From the NCBI GenBank assembly GCA_964498015.1, contig CAZCFT010000001.1:490-64489 (forward strand): a stretch of 64,000 nucleotides of DNA, given 5' to 3'. Below, piece after piece: positions 19,032-29,095 of the stretch. The notes beneath the pieces were generated by a model. The model saw only the letters and a list, made by a program, of their open reading frames with translations, ran no database searches and was not told the DNA's origin. The DNA is from an uncultured Ignavibacteriaceae bacterium (lineage in GTDB: Bacteria; Zixibacteria; MSB-5A5; GN15; PGXB01). A program made the translations under genes and the position numbers. How positions within the stretch are numbered: position 1 is the first letter of the stretch; every line of letters begins with the position of its first letter.

Positions 19032-20447
19032 ATGGCCGCAAAGATTGATAAAGATAAAGAGATTTCCCGTCTCGAACCGCCGCAATCGATAGACGCCGAA
19101 CAGCAGATTATCGGGGCTATATTAAAAGATACTGAAGCGATCAGCGCCGTGATCGAAATAATTGATTCTGAAGACCACTTTTATGTTCCCCGGCATCGAA
19201 TAATTTTTAGGGCGATATTGGGCTTGTACGAAAAAAATGGCCCGTGCGATATAACTACCGTGGCCGACGAATTGACCAAAATGGATCAACTGGAAAAAGT
19301 GGGCGGGCGGCTGTATCTGGTCGATCTGGTAAGTGGGGTTGTCTCTACATCTAATGTGGTTTCCTATGCCAACATAATCCTTGAGAAATCCGTTTTGCGG
19401 CGATTAATAAATGTCTCGAACGGCATTGTAAAAGATTGTTATGAACTGGAGGGGGAAGTTACCGAAATACTCGACAATGCCGAACAGAACATTTTTTCCA
19501 TTTCGGAGAGTCGTCTTAGGAAAGGTTTCACGCATCTGGCCCAGCTTCTCCCCAAAACATTCGAGCAGATAGAGGATTTTCAGGAAACCAAGGGGGGGCT
19601 GGTCGGGTTAAAAACCGGCTTCAACGAATTGGATGCGCTCACTGCAGGATTGCACAATGGAGATTTCATAGTTATCGCCGGACGCCCATCGATGGGTAAA
19701 ACGGCATTCGCGCTGAATATCGCCGAACAGGTAGCAGTGGAAGAAAAAATTCCCGTCGGCATATTTTCGATAGAAATGTCCAAGGAACAGGTGGCTTTAA
19801 GGTTCTTATGCGGTCGCGCCAGAATAAGTCAGCATCTTCTGAGAACCGACCGCCTGAGAGATTCTCAGTGGCAGAAACTGACGCATGCCTTTCAGCCATT
19901 ATCTGATGCCCCGATTTTTGTCGATGATTCCGCCACTCTTTCGACCCTTGAGATGCGCGCTAAGGCACGTCGCCTGAAAGCGCAGCATAATGTGGGGCTT
20001 CTTATTATAGACTATATCCAGATGATGCATAGCGCAGCAAGAACTGAAAACCGCCAGCAGGAAATTGCCATGATTTCGCGCTCTTTGAAAACTCTGGCCA
20101 AGGAATTGAATATTCCTGTGATTGCCTGCAGTCAACTTTCCCGCATGGTCGAAATTCGCGGCGGGGATAAAAGACCACAGTTGTCGGATTTGCGCGAGTC
20201 AGGAGCGATTGAGCAGGACTCCGACGTGGTTATGTTCATTTATCGGCCGGAGTTTTATCTATCCCATCTTGGAAAAGAGGATCCCAAACGGATGGAGGTT
20301 GAAGGGAAAGCTGAAATTATTATATCCAAGCAGAGAAACGGTCCGACTGGTACTGTCGAACTGGCCTTTGTCAAAGATATTGTCCGTTTTGAGAATTTGT
20401 CTTATCAGCCATATGTGGCTGGGGAAGAGGAAGCGCCGCCGTTTTAA
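19032..20447 (+). CDS. dnaB: Replicative DNA helicase
   Basis: 471 aa with a DnaB N-domain (PPQSIDAEQQIIGAIL), Walker A GRPSMGKTAF, and the RecA-like C-domain (SQLSR, RESGAIEQDSD). No intein insertion. Confidence 0.95.
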   Translation: MAAKIDKDKEISRLEPPQSIDAEQQIIGAILKDTEAISAVIEIIDSEDHFYVPRHRIIFRAILGLYEKNGPCDITTVADELTKMDQLEKVGGRLYLVDLVSGVVSTSNVVSYANIILEKSVLRRLINVSNGIVKDCYELEGEVTEILDNAEQNIFSISESRLRKGFTHLAQLLPKTFEQIEDFQETKGGLVGLKTGFNELDALTAGLHNGDFIVIAGRPSMGKTAFALNIAEQVAVEEKIPVGIFSIEMSKEQVALRFLCGRARISQHLLRTDRLRDSQWQKLTHAFQPLSDAPIFVDDSATLSTLEMRAKARRLKAQHNVGLLIIDYIQMMHSAARTENRQQEIAMISRSLKTLAKELNIPVIACSQLSRMVEIRGGDKRPQLSDLRESGAIEQDSDVVMFIYRPEFYLSHLGKEDPKRMEVEGKAEIIISKQRNGPTGTVELAFVKDIVRFENLSYQPYVAGEEEAPPF

Positions 20448-21227
20448 ATGTCAAATGGATTCCTGGTCATCGGACGTCGGGCGATTAATTTTATCACCCG
20501 CCTTGGAAGCGCCTTTATCCTTCTGCTAAAATCCCTGTACTATTTCAAAGATATTCCTCGCTCGTTTGGTCAGATAATAGAGCAATGTTTTTTCATAGGA
20601 AATAAATCCCTTGCGCTGGTAATTATAACTTCCATTTTCATAGGCGCTGTTTCAGCCTGGCAGGCGGCGTATCAGTTCAAATTTATCGGAGCTCCCCTCC
20701 GCTATTTGGGAGCGGCAGTCGGCAAGGCCGTTGTGATTGAACTGGCGCCTGTTTTGATGGCGCTGGTGATTGCCGGCAGGGTTGGCGCCGGCATTGCCGC
20801 GGAGATTGGCGCTATGAGAGTCACCGAACAAATCGACGCCCTGGAATCGATGGCAATAAGCCCGGTCAGGTATTTGGTGATGCCCCGTCTCTTGGCCAGC
20901 GTCATAATGATTCCTCTTTTGACCATATTTTCGGCATTCGTGGCCATCGCGGGCGCAATGGCTGTTTCTGTGCTTTTTGTTGATATCTCGCACGAAACAT
21001 TCTTGAGCGGCGTAAAGAATTCATTTGAATTTATTGATCTCGTCTCGGGACTTATCAAATCAGCGATCTTCGGCACAATTATCGGAATTGTCGGATGTCA
21101 TGAGGGGTATCACGCTGAGGGAGGCGCGCGCGGTGTTGGTAAGGCAACCACAGAAGCGGTTGTCATCGCGGCAGTAATGGTTCTGATTGCCGACTATTTA
21201 ATCGCTACTGTTCTATTTAAGGTATGA
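20448..21227 (+). CDS. mlaE: MlaE-family ABC transporter permease
   Basis: 259-aa polytopic protein with the MlaE/Ttg2B-like conserved core (IGAMRVTEQIDALESMAISP). Starts directly after the dnaB stop. Confidence 0.88.
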   Translation: MSNGFLVIGRRAINFITRLGSAFILLLKSLYYFKDIPRSFGQIIEQCFFIGNKSLALVIITSIFIGAVSAWQAAYQFKFIGAPLRYLGAAVGKAVVIELAPVLMALVIAGRVGAGIAAEIGAMRVTEQIDALESMAISPVRYLVMPRLLASVIMIPLLTIFSAFVAIAGAMAVSVLFVDISHETFLSGVKNSFEFIDLVSGLIKSAIFGTIIGIVGCHEGYHAEGGARGVGKATTEAVVIAAVMVLIADYLIATVLFKV

Positions 21228-21228
21228 G

Positions 21229-21987
21229 ATGGCAGAAACCATAATTAAGATTGATCAAGTAGCCAAGTCGTTCGGGAAAAAGGGAGTGCTTAACGGTGTG
21301 ACGCTTGATATTAGAAAAGGGGAATCGGTAGTGATCATCGGGCAGTCCGGATGCGGAAAATCGGTGCTGTTGAAACATCTGAATCGATTGATCCGCCCTG
21401 ATTCCGGCGTGGTTTTAATTCATGATAAGGATATCGGGCAGATGAATTCCGTTGAGCTTTTTCAAGCGCGCCGAAAAATCGGGATGCTGTTTCAGTCGGC
21501 GGCTCTGCTTGATTCTTTGACCGTAGCCGAAAATGTTGGTCTGGGGCTAAAAGAAGGATGGAAATATTCTCAAAATGAAATCGGCGATATTGTACGCGAG
21601 AAATTGGCTTTGGTTGGATTATCCGGTTCGGAGAATATATTTCCTTCAGACTTATCAGGCGGAATGAGAAAGAGAGTCGGGCTGGCCAGAGCCATTGCCG
21701 CCGACCCGGAAATATTATTATATGATGAACCGACCACCGGTCTGGATCCTATCACCTCTGATTTGATTAATGATTTGATGGTTAATCTTCGAGAGAAGCT
21801 TGATGTAACCTCAGTGGCGGTTACGCATGATATGACCTCGGCTTATAGAATAGCAGATAGAATTGTCATGTTATATGAAGGAAAAATTGAATACGACGGA
21901 ACCCCTGAACAGGTCAAAAATTCGGGTAATCCGATAGTGGATCAATTTATAAACGGCCGGGGAGCTGGTCCCATCCATGTACAGTGA
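21229..21987 (+). CDS. mlaF: MlaF-type ABC transporter ATP-binding protein
   Basis: Walker A GQSGCGKS, signature LSGGMRKRVGLARA, Walker B LLYDEPTTGLD. Confidence 0.88.
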   Translation: MAETIIKIDQVAKSFGKKGVLNGVTLDIRKGESVVIIGQSGCGKSVLLKHLNRLIRPDSGVVLIHDKDIGQMNSVELFQARRKIGMLFQSAALLDSLTVAENVGLGLKEGWKYSQNEIGDIVREKLALVGLSGSENIFPSDLSGGMRKRVGLARAIAADPEILLYDEPTTGLDPITSDLINDLMVNLREKLDVTSVAVTHDMTSAYRIADRIVMLYEGKIEYDGTPEQVKNSGNPIVDQFINGRGAGPIHVQ

Positions 21988-23351
21988 ATAAGAAGATGAG
22001 CAAGAATTTTAGAACGGCTTTTGTTTGCACGCAGTGCGGCGCCATACACGCCAAATGGCAGGGGCAGTGCAAAGATTGCGGCCAGTGGAATATGTTGGCC
22101 GAGGAACGAATTATGAGCCGCGGGGGGAAATCAAAGGCCGAAGTTCATGATAAAGCGCAGAAGCTTTCTGAGATAAATCCGGAGACTGTAGTAGGGTTCA
22201 AATCGGGGATAATTGAATTCGACCGTGTACTGGGGGGCGGGTTATTATCCGGAAGCGCCGTTCTTCTCGCGGGCGAACCGGGTATCGGCAAGTCCACTTT
22301 GATCTTACAGGCGGCGGAGGCCTATTCGCGAAGGGGATTAAATGTACTATATATAACCGGCGAGGAATCGGTCGGCCAGTTGAAAAAAAGGGCGGATCGG
22401 CTGGCGGTAATGGGGAAAAATCTATCGGTCGCGAATCTGACGAGCCTGGAGCAGATTTTCTCGTGCCTTGAGGAGAATCAAAACCATATTGTGATTATTG
22501 ATTCGATCCAGACAGTGTCGAGCGACTATTTTGAATCGCCGCCGGGAACTATTGGACAGATTAGAGAATCGGCGGGAAGATTAATCGAAAAAGCCAAGAA
22601 GGATGGATTCTCTCTATTTCTGGTTGGGCATGTCACCAAAGAGGGTCTGGTTGCCGGACCCAAGGTACTCGAACATATGGTTGATGCGGTGCTTTATTTT
22701 GAAGGAGACAGCCAGCATTTCTATCGTCTTCTCAGACCGGTCAAAAATCGGTATGGTTCGACTTTCGAGTTGGGCGTATTTGAGATGACGGTGGAGGGGT
22801 TGCGTGAGGTTGAAAATCCGTCATCATTTTTTCTCTCGGATTTTGGCGAGATGCAGAGGTCGGGATCAGTGGTGGCCGCATCATGCGAGGGGAATCGGCC
22901 GATTTTGGTTGAAATTCAAGCGTTGGTATCGTCGGCGTCATATGGAACTCCTCAACGGGTAGCGGGAGGGATAGATAATAAGAGATTAGCTCTTCTGCTG
23001 GCGATACTGGAGAAGAAGATCGGAATTCCGATGGGAGGCAATGATGTTTTTGTCTCTGTAGCGGGGGGGCTCAAACTCACCGAACCGGCCATCGATTTGA
23101 CATTGCTTCTATCAATATATTCCTCCCTGAAAGACATGCCGGTCGATATTGCGACAGTTATTGCGGGGGAAGTCGGGTTGTCCGGTGAGGTAAGGCCTAT
23201 TGGAATGGCGGAGCAAAGGATTAATGAAGCGGCCAAACTTGGGTTTAAACGAATCATTCTGCCAGAGCAGAACCTGAAAGGGATTTCGGAGAAGAATATA
23301 GAGATTATCGGTGTCTCTTCACTTGAAAGAGCGCTGGAGACGGCATTTTGA
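21984..23351 (+). CDS. radA: DNA repair protein RadA (Sms)
   Basis: N-terminal zinc finger CTQCGA..CKDCGQWN, Walker A GEPGIGKST, KNRYG motif, Lon-like C-domain. Confidence 0.95.
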   Translation: MNKKMSKNFRTAFVCTQCGAIHAKWQGQCKDCGQWNMLAEERIMSRGGKSKAEVHDKAQKLSEINPETVVGFKSGIIEFDRVLGGGLLSGSAVLLAGEPGIGKSTLILQAAEAYSRRGLNVLYITGEESVGQLKKRADRLAVMGKNLSVANLTSLEQIFSCLEENQNHIVIIDSIQTVSSDYFESPPGTIGQIRESAGRLIEKAKKDGFSLFLVGHVTKEGLVAGPKVLEHMVDAVLYFEGDSQHFYRLLRPVKNRYGSTFELGVFEMTVEGLREVENPSSFFLSDFGEMQRSGSVVAASCEGNRPILVEIQALVSSASYGTPQRVAGGIDNKRLALLLAILEKKIGIPMGGNDVFVSVAGGLKLTEPAIDLTLLLSIYSSLKDMPVDIATVIAGEVGLSGEVRPIGMAEQRINEAAKLGFKRIILPEQNLKGISEKNIEIIGVSSLERALETAF

Positions 23352-23428
23352 ACAATTGTGGGATAGCTGAGTGAACTTCGGCAGGAAATCCCGATAAATC
23401 GGGACTGCCGGCGCAGTTTGAGGATTTT

Positions 23429-24007
23429 ATGAGCAAAATTGAATTAAAGCCGCAGACTCTATTAATACCGCTTCCGGCGGCGATGGTATCATGCGTTGCT
23501 GAGCGACGCAGGCCGAATATTATTACTATAAGCTGGATCGGAATTGTCAATTCAGAACCGCCAATGTTATCGATATCGATCCAGCCCAAGAGATTTTCTT
23601 ATAGCATCATAAAGGAATCCGGGCAGTTTGTGGTTAATGTGACTTCAGAGGAAAATCTTAAAGCAGTCGATTTTTGCGGAAATCGTTCCGGTCGGGATTA
23701 TGACAAATTCAAAGAAATGGGACTGACACCGATTCCGGCTAAAATCGTCAGGGCGCCCTTGATTAAGGAGTGCCCGATAAATCTGGAGTGCATAACGCGC
23801 CAGTCGATGCTTCTTGGGACACATGAAATTTTTATCGCCGAAATTGTGGCTGTACATGTTGATAGTGATATTCTTGATGACAGGGGTCGCCCCGATATTG
23901 ATAAACTAAAACCACTGGCTTATTGCACGCTTGCTCGAGAGTATCGGGGTAACCTGACGAAAATGCTCGGCAGATACGGCGAGGTCGCCGGCAAGAAAAC
24001 CAAATAG
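23429..24007 (+). CDS. Flavin reductase family protein
   Basis: 192 aa with a flavin-reductase-like split-barrel pattern (PNIITISWIGIVNSEPPMLSISI ... GQFVVNV). Confidence 0.8.
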   Translation: MSKIELKPQTLLIPLPAAMVSCVAERRRPNIITISWIGIVNSEPPMLSISIQPKRFSYSIIKESGQFVVNVTSEENLKAVDFCGNRSGRDYDKFKEMGLTPIPAKIVRAPLIKECPINLECITRQSMLLGTHEIFIAEIVAVHVDSDILDDRGRPDIDKLKPLAYCTLAREYRGNLTKMLGRYGEVAGKKTK

Positions 24008-24011
24008 GCTT

Positions 24012-25166
24012 ATGGCTGAGGGATTCTCATTTTCTATTCGAGGGAGGAACAACCGTGCCCGATTAGGAATTGTCGACACAAAGCATGGAGGATTTCAAAC
24101 TCCCGCCTTTATGCCAGTCGGGACATCCGGCGCGGTGAAAGCGATGACGGCCGGCGATCTGGAAGAATGCGGAGCTGAGATTATGCTGGGAAATACCTAT
24201 CATCTTTACCTGCGCCCCGGAGAGAAGCTGATCAAGCAAAAAGGAGGACTCGCGAATTTTATTTCATGGAATAAACCGACCATAACGGATTCGGGCGGGT
24301 TTCAGGTATTTTCCATGCAGGATTTATCGAGAGTCGATGATGATGGAGTTACTTTTCGATCACATCATGACGGTTCTATGCATCGTTTTGATCCCGAAAA
24401 GGTAATGGAGATCGAGCGTGATATCGGCGCTGATATAATCATGTCATTGGATCAATGCGTGCCTTATCCTTCGGACGATAAGGCAATCGTGGACAGCGTC
24501 CGACGCACCTATGATTGGGCCCGAAGGGGCTTGACGCATTTTCAAAATCTGGAGAAAGCCGAGCCTACAGGTATCGTATTATTTGGTATAGTGCAGGGTT
24601 CGGTCAATAATGAAATGCGGAAAATTTCCGCTGAGCAGATAGTTGGTCTTGATTTCCCGGGGTATGCGGTTGGCGGATTGGCGGTGGGGGAGTCAAAAGA
24701 GGAAATGGAGGATACTCTTGCATTCTCTATCGAATTTCTGCCCCATGACCGACCCCGATATCTGATGGGAGTGGGATATCCGGAAGATATTCTAATGGCT
24801 GTTTCCTATGGAATCGACATGTTTGATTGTGTCCTTCCGACCCGCAATGCCCGAACCGGAATGGTATTCACATCAAATGGACCGTTGATATTTAGAAATG
24901 CCGATTGCGCCGAGGATGATCTCCCTCTTGATCCTAATTGTGATTGTAAAGTTTGCCGGAGGTACAGTCGGGCCTATATCCGGCATCTATATAATCAAAG
25001 GGAAATAACGGCGCTGGTTCTGGCCACATACCACTCCTCTTATTTTTATCAGAATCTTATGAGGAAAATTCGGATTTCAATCAGTGAAGGCTGTTTTGAG
25101 CAATTCAGAAAGGGGTTCCTTGCCAAATATTCAGGGCGAGAAGACATAACCGAGCGTGAATCTTAG
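24012..25166 (+). CDS. tgt: tRNA-guanosine(34) transglycosylase
   Basis: 384 aa with TPAFMPVGT, DSGGFQ, GLAVGE and the zinc site CDCKVC..H. Confidence 0.95.
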   Translation: MAEGFSFSIRGRNNRARLGIVDTKHGGFQTPAFMPVGTSGAVKAMTAGDLEECGAEIMLGNTYHLYLRPGEKLIKQKGGLANFISWNKPTITDSGGFQVFSMQDLSRVDDDGVTFRSHHDGSMHRFDPEKVMEIERDIGADIIMSLDQCVPYPSDDKAIVDSVRRTYDWARRGLTHFQNLEKAEPTGIVLFGIVQGSVNNEMRKISAEQIVGLDFPGYAVGGLAVGESKEEMEDTLAFSIEFLPHDRPRYLMGVGYPEDILMAVSYGIDMFDCVLPTRNARTGMVFTSNGPLIFRNADCAEDDLPLDPNCDCKVCRRYSRAYIRHLYNQREITALVLATYHSSYFYQNLMRKIRISISEGCFEQFRKGFLAKYSGREDITERES

Positions 25167-25769
25167 AGTTGATAATTCTCCATCTTTATATATTATAAAC
25201 CTGTTTCCACTGAGAGAATGTCCCCAGAACATGAAGCTGGGGTGTGATTCCTGATACCCAAATTCAAGAGTGTAGTGTTCTCTGACTCTGAATCCCATGA
25301 TGACCCGATATCCATATTTGTTTTCTATGTCGGTCTTATGGATGGCGCTGTTGGCGAAAAGGCTATCGGTCAACTGCTTCTTCAATTTGAAGTGGTTTAA
25401 AGAATAGACCAACCCGCCGCCGAAGTATGCGGTAAGTCTCTTGGCGCCGCGATAAATGAGGGCTTCCACGCTCAGATCGACCGCCTGATTTTGTCCCTCC
25501 GGGAGACGGCGGCTCTTGAGATCGCTGAAGTTATAATCAACGGAACTCCTGATTATGACGGGATGAAATAGGAGATATTCGAATTTCACTCCCGCCTCGC
25601 CTCCCTGGCTAAGAATATCATTGGCAGGCCTGTATCCAACAGTAAGATGAATATTGGTAATCGCAACCGTATCCTGCTCGACGGGATTCTTGGAAACGAT
25701 AGGAGCAAGCATAACAAATGCCATCAATATCTCATGCATCATGGTATCTTCCAACACTTTCTTGACCAT
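25131..25769 (-). CDS. Hypothetical exported protein, possibly an outer-membrane beta-barrel
   Basis: Signal-like MMHEILMAFVMLAPIVS (the likely true start is near 25742). Alternating-hydrophobicity strands and aromatic-rich segments. No family recognised. Confidence 0.45.
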   Translation of the reverse strand: MVKKVLEDTMMHEILMAFVMLAPIVSKNPVEQDTVAITNIHLTVGYRPANDILSQGGEAGVKFEYLLFHPVIIRSSVDYNFSDLKSRRLPEGQNQAVDLSVEALIYRGAKRLTAYFGGGLVYSLNHFKLKKQLTDSLFANSAIHKTDIENKYGYRVIMGFRVREHYTLEFGYQESHPSFMFWGHSLSGNRFIIYKDGELSTLRFTLGYVFSP

Positions 25770-25885
25770 ATTAAACGATTTATAGACGAAAATCTATATC
25801 GATTTGTTATATGAATTCCCTATGAGTCCAATCGACAGGGATATTTCACTTGCCGATGATTGCGCCTTAGCCTATAATTAGGCCA

Positions 25886-26626
25886 ATGAAGCAGAATGTC
25901 AATCCGTCTGAATCAACGATTGATCCTCTCCGTCTGCCTGTCCATCTGGCGATAATTATGGACGGCAACGGCAGGTGGGCGAAGAAGAGAAACCTTCCCC
26001 GGACAGCCGGACACGAAGCCGGGGTTGAAGCGGTCAAGCGAGTTGTCAGGGCCGGCGGCGAATTAGGGATAAAATATCTTACTCTGTACACATTCTCGCT
26101 GGAAAATTGGAAGCGTCCACGCGAGGAAGTAACGGCCATTATGAAGCTTCTCACGCAGACGACACGGAAAGAAGTCGATGAGCTGAATCGCAATAATGTG
26201 CGGTTGATTACGACCGGTCGAATTGACGGCTTATCATTCTCGCGGAGGCAGGCCCTGAAAATGGCAATGGAGAAAACTCGAAATAATAGCGGTCTGGTTT
26301 TGAATCTGGCGCTGAATTACGGAGGAAGGGCAGAAATTATTGATGCCGTGAGAGCGATTGCTTCGTCGGTAAGGGCAGGTCATATCAAACCGGGCGAGAT
26401 TGATGAATCTTTGTTTTCCAACTATCTCTATACTGCGGGACTGCCCGATCCGGATCTTCTTATCAGAACGTCGGGGGAGATGCGAATTTCCAATTTTCTT
26501 CTGTGGCAAACCAGCTATACAGAGATGTATGTAACCGATGTTCTCTGGCCCGATTTTGATCGGCAGAATTTGATTGATGCCATTATTGAATATCAAAAAA
26601 GAGAACGCCGATTTGGAAAGGTCTGA
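25886..26626 (+). CDS. uppS: Di-trans,poly-cis-undecaprenyl-diphosphate synthase (isoprenyl transferase)
   Basis: HLAIIMDGNGRWA, TLYTFSLENWKRP, IRTSGEMRISNFLLWQ. Confidence 0.93.
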   Translation: MKQNVNPSESTIDPLRLPVHLAIIMDGNGRWAKKRNLPRTAGHEAGVEAVKRVVRAGGELGIKYLTLYTFSLENWKRPREEVTAIMKLLTQTTRKEVDELNRNNVRLITTGRIDGLSFSRRQALKMAMEKTRNNSGLVLNLALNYGGRAEIIDAVRAIASSVRAGHIKPGEIDESLFSNYLYTAGLPDPDLLIRTSGEMRISNFLLWQTSYTEMYVTDVLWPDFDRQNLIDAIIEYQKRERRFGKV

Positions 26627-26632
26627 GTAATT

Positions 26633-27448
26633 TTGAACAAGAATCTTATCACTCGAATAATTGTGGCGGCAATATTTGGCCCGTTGATAATCCTGTGTTC
26701 ATACATCGGCGGCTATTGGTTGGCGGGGATGATATTGTTGCTTGTCGCTATCGGAATTATTGAGTTTCTGGCTAACGGCAATATAAAAGCGAATATGGTT
26801 TCATTTTGGATTACTCTACCCCTTGTTATCGGGACTGCGGCGGTCTCCATGTTGGTATCTTCGCAATCGGGATATATGGTCTTTATTGCATTTTTCCTAT
26901 TGATTGGTCTTATTCTTTCAGTCTGCAAAATGCCGCCGGAGCTTCTTTACATGCGGTATGCAAGTCTTGTCTGGGGAGCCGTGTATCTGGGGCTTCTTTA
27001 CCCTTTTGTATTCTATATTAGAAGTGAGTTTCCTGAATCCGGAGGCGACTGGCTATTGTTTTTATTTGGGACTATCTGGTTATCCGATACTTTGGCGATG
27101 TGGGTCGGCAAGACAATCGGTTCAAAAAAATTGGCGACTCATGTGTCGCCAGGCAAAACGGCGGAGGGTTTCATTGGAGGGATTTTTGGCGGATTATTGA
27201 TAGCCGTGCTTCTTGGTTATTGGCGGCTCTCTGCGATTACGCTCCCGCTTCTTGTTGTCGCCGGTTTGTGCGTCTCCATTGTCGGACAACTGGGAGACCT
27301 GGTGGAGTCTGTTTGGAAAAGGGCGGTCGGTATTAAGGATTCTTCAGCAATCGTACCGGGCCATGGAGGAATACTCGATCGATTTGACTCACTTCTCTTT
27401 TCGGCGCCGATTCTCTATTGGTTCTTGAAATTTATAGTGTACGGGTAA
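26633..27448 (+). CDS. cdsA: Phosphatidate cytidylyltransferase
   Basis: 271-aa polytopic protein with the C-terminal signature SVWKRAVGIKDSSAIVPGHGGILDRFDS. Confidence 0.9.
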   Translation: MNKNLITRIIVAAIFGPLIILCSYIGGYWLAGMILLLVAIGIIEFLANGNIKANMVSFWITLPLVIGTAAVSMLVSSQSGYMVFIAFFLLIGLILSVCKMPPELLYMRYASLVWGAVYLGLLYPFVFYIRSEFPESGGDWLLFLFGTIWLSDTLAMWVGKTIGSKKLATHVSPGKTAEGFIGGIFGGLLIAVLLGYWRLSAITLPLLVVAGLCVSIVGQLGDLVESVWKRAVGIKDSSAIVPGHGGILDRFDSLLFSAPILYWFLKFIVYG

Positions 27449-27450
27449 TT

Positions 27451-28362
27451 ATGGTACGACCGGTGAAAGCGGTTGATTTCGTTTTTGCCGCGCGGCCGAT
27501 GCTTCTTCTGCCGGTCTGGTCGATTTATTTAGTAACTTATCACTTTACGAACTCTCCAGCGCATTTTGATCTGCGGGCGTTTATGATTCTGACCGCCATT
27601 AGTCTGATAATGGTTGGGTGTCATTATATCAATCAGATTTATGATTTTCAGTCGGATCTGATAAATAATAAAATCGGATTTCTGCAAAAGGAATTTATTA
27701 GCAAAAGTGAAATGATGGCCGGTTACCTTGCCGTTACCATGCTCGGGTTGACTATTTCCATATTTCAGGATTTTCGCTTTTTTGTGCTGGCAATATCAAT
27801 GGTGATAAGCGGGTACTTTTACTCAGCGCCGCCATTGAGATTAAAAGATCGCCCGCTTTGGGGTTTGCTCGCCAACGGAATCGGGTACGGATTTCTTCTG
27901 ATATTAGCATTACCAATTTATCCCGACTCCAATTTACTTTTGCTGATTTCATTAATGGTGTACTTTTTCCTGACTGTGTCTGCGATTTATCTTCTGACTA
28001 TTATTATTGACAGGGATGGCGATAAGGCTGCAAGGAAGAATACCTTGGCAGTTCGATTTTCAGATAGGAATCTTATTGCTTTCGGAAGCTTGATGGCCAT
28101 TGCCGCCTCAGTAATCGCCGGTCTGTTGGGTTTAATTCTGCTTATGGCGCTGAGCGCGTTATCCGCTGTATTATTCTTTTTTGCGCTCGCCAAACCACAA
28201 ATGCCCGTTTTATTCTTTACCTGCAAATTCCCGATACTTCTATTATCGCTTCTGGCGGGATATTATTACCCGGTGTATTTGGTCTTTATGCTTGTTCTAA
28301 TAATCTGCTGCCGATTATATTATAGGAAGAGATTCGGTATTATATATCCGAGGGTAGCGTGA
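27451..28362 (+). CDS. UbiA-family aromatic/isoprenoid prenyltransferase, substrate unknown
   Basis: Polytopic membrane protein with both UbiA Asp-rich motifs (NQIYDFQSD and DRDGDKAARKNTLAV). ATG 27451 lies 2 nt after the cdsA stop. The ORF track extends it to 27418. Confidence 0.75.
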   Translation: MVRPVKAVDFVFAARPMLLLPVWSIYLVTYHFTNSPAHFDLRAFMILTAISLIMVGCHYINQIYDFQSDLINNKIGFLQKEFISKSEMMAGYLAVTMLGLTISIFQDFRFFVLAISMVISGYFYSAPPLRLKDRPLWGLLANGIGYGFLLILALPIYPDSNLLLLISLMVYFFLTVSAIYLLTIIIDRDGDKAARKNTLAVRFSDRNLIAFGSLMAIAASVIAGLLGLILLMALSALSAVLFFFALAKPQMPVLFFTCKFPILLLSLLAGYYYPVYLVFMLVLIICCRLYYRKRFGIIYPRVA

Positions 28363-28971
28363 ATGAGAGCAGAAATTGAGAAATATTCAGGGAATAGGGT
28401 TAGGTTATGGTTGGAAAGTCCGGCTATTGACGGAAGCAAATTCGGGCGTACACAATGGTTGCTTCTCCTGATGTTAATTACTTTTTTTATGGCTTGTACC
28501 CCATATCCGAGATACCGAAGCGGCGGAGCTTTGCCGCCTGAAAGCAGGTCGATTGCTGTGCAGGAAGAATATGGACAGGACCAGATGCCGCTTACGACAG
28601 ATGGGCTTCTGGAGTTTGGACGCATTATACAAAGCTATCTTGGAACGCCATATCGTGGACGTGCGGAAAAAGCTGAAGGAATAGATTGCAGTGAATTTAC
28701 CGGCGAAGTATTCAGCAGGTTTGATGGTACAGAGCTTCCCCGTACAGCCGCCGGGCAATTTGAGATTGGAACAGAAGTAGCAAGAGGCAAAATCCGTTAT
28801 GGGGATTTGGTTTATTTTAGCATTGATGGCAATACGATTTCCCATGTCGGTATTTATATTGACTTTGGAGAATTTATTCATTCAACAAAATCGTCAGGCA
28901 TAATAATATCGAAACTGGATGACAAATATTGGAAGGAATGTTTTGCCGGCGCCAGAAGGATATTGCCTTAA
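28363..28971 (+). CDS. NlpC/P60 (C40) family cell-wall peptidase, probable lipoprotein
   Basis: Lipobox-like LITFFMAC, catalytic Cys context GIDCSEFTGEVF, His context ISHVGIYI..FIHS. Confidence 0.85.
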   Translation: MRAEIEKYSGNRVRLWLESPAIDGSKFGRTQWLLLLMLITFFMACTPYPRYRSGGALPPESRSIAVQEEYGQDQMPLTTDGLLEFGRIIQSYLGTPYRGRAEKAEGIDCSEFTGEVFSRFDGTELPRTAAGQFEIGTEVARGKIRYGDLVYFSIDGNTISHVGIYIDFGEFIHSTKSSGIIISKLDDKYWKECFAGARRILP

Positions 28972-29095
28972 TGTTATTCATTTTTGGATGCCTTAATCGC
29001 TAAGAGGATTAAAGGCGCGTCGCGTCTCCTTCCCCCCAATGAATCGGGGGAAAGGACCTTATTCAACCGGGCGCCTTCCTGCGTAATCGGTTTAT

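Noticed and set aside
20122-20529. A 135-aa ORF spanning the dnaB/mlaE junction in another frame.
   Set aside because: It is out of frame with two strongly supported genes that abut each other, and its sequence is Arg/Ser/Cys-rich with no motifs.
25131-25166. A 36-nt convergent overlap between the tgt 3' end and the hypothetical exported protein.
   Set aside because: Both reading frames look real, and short convergent overlaps are common in compact genomes. There is nothing to suggest antisense regulation beyond the overlap itself.
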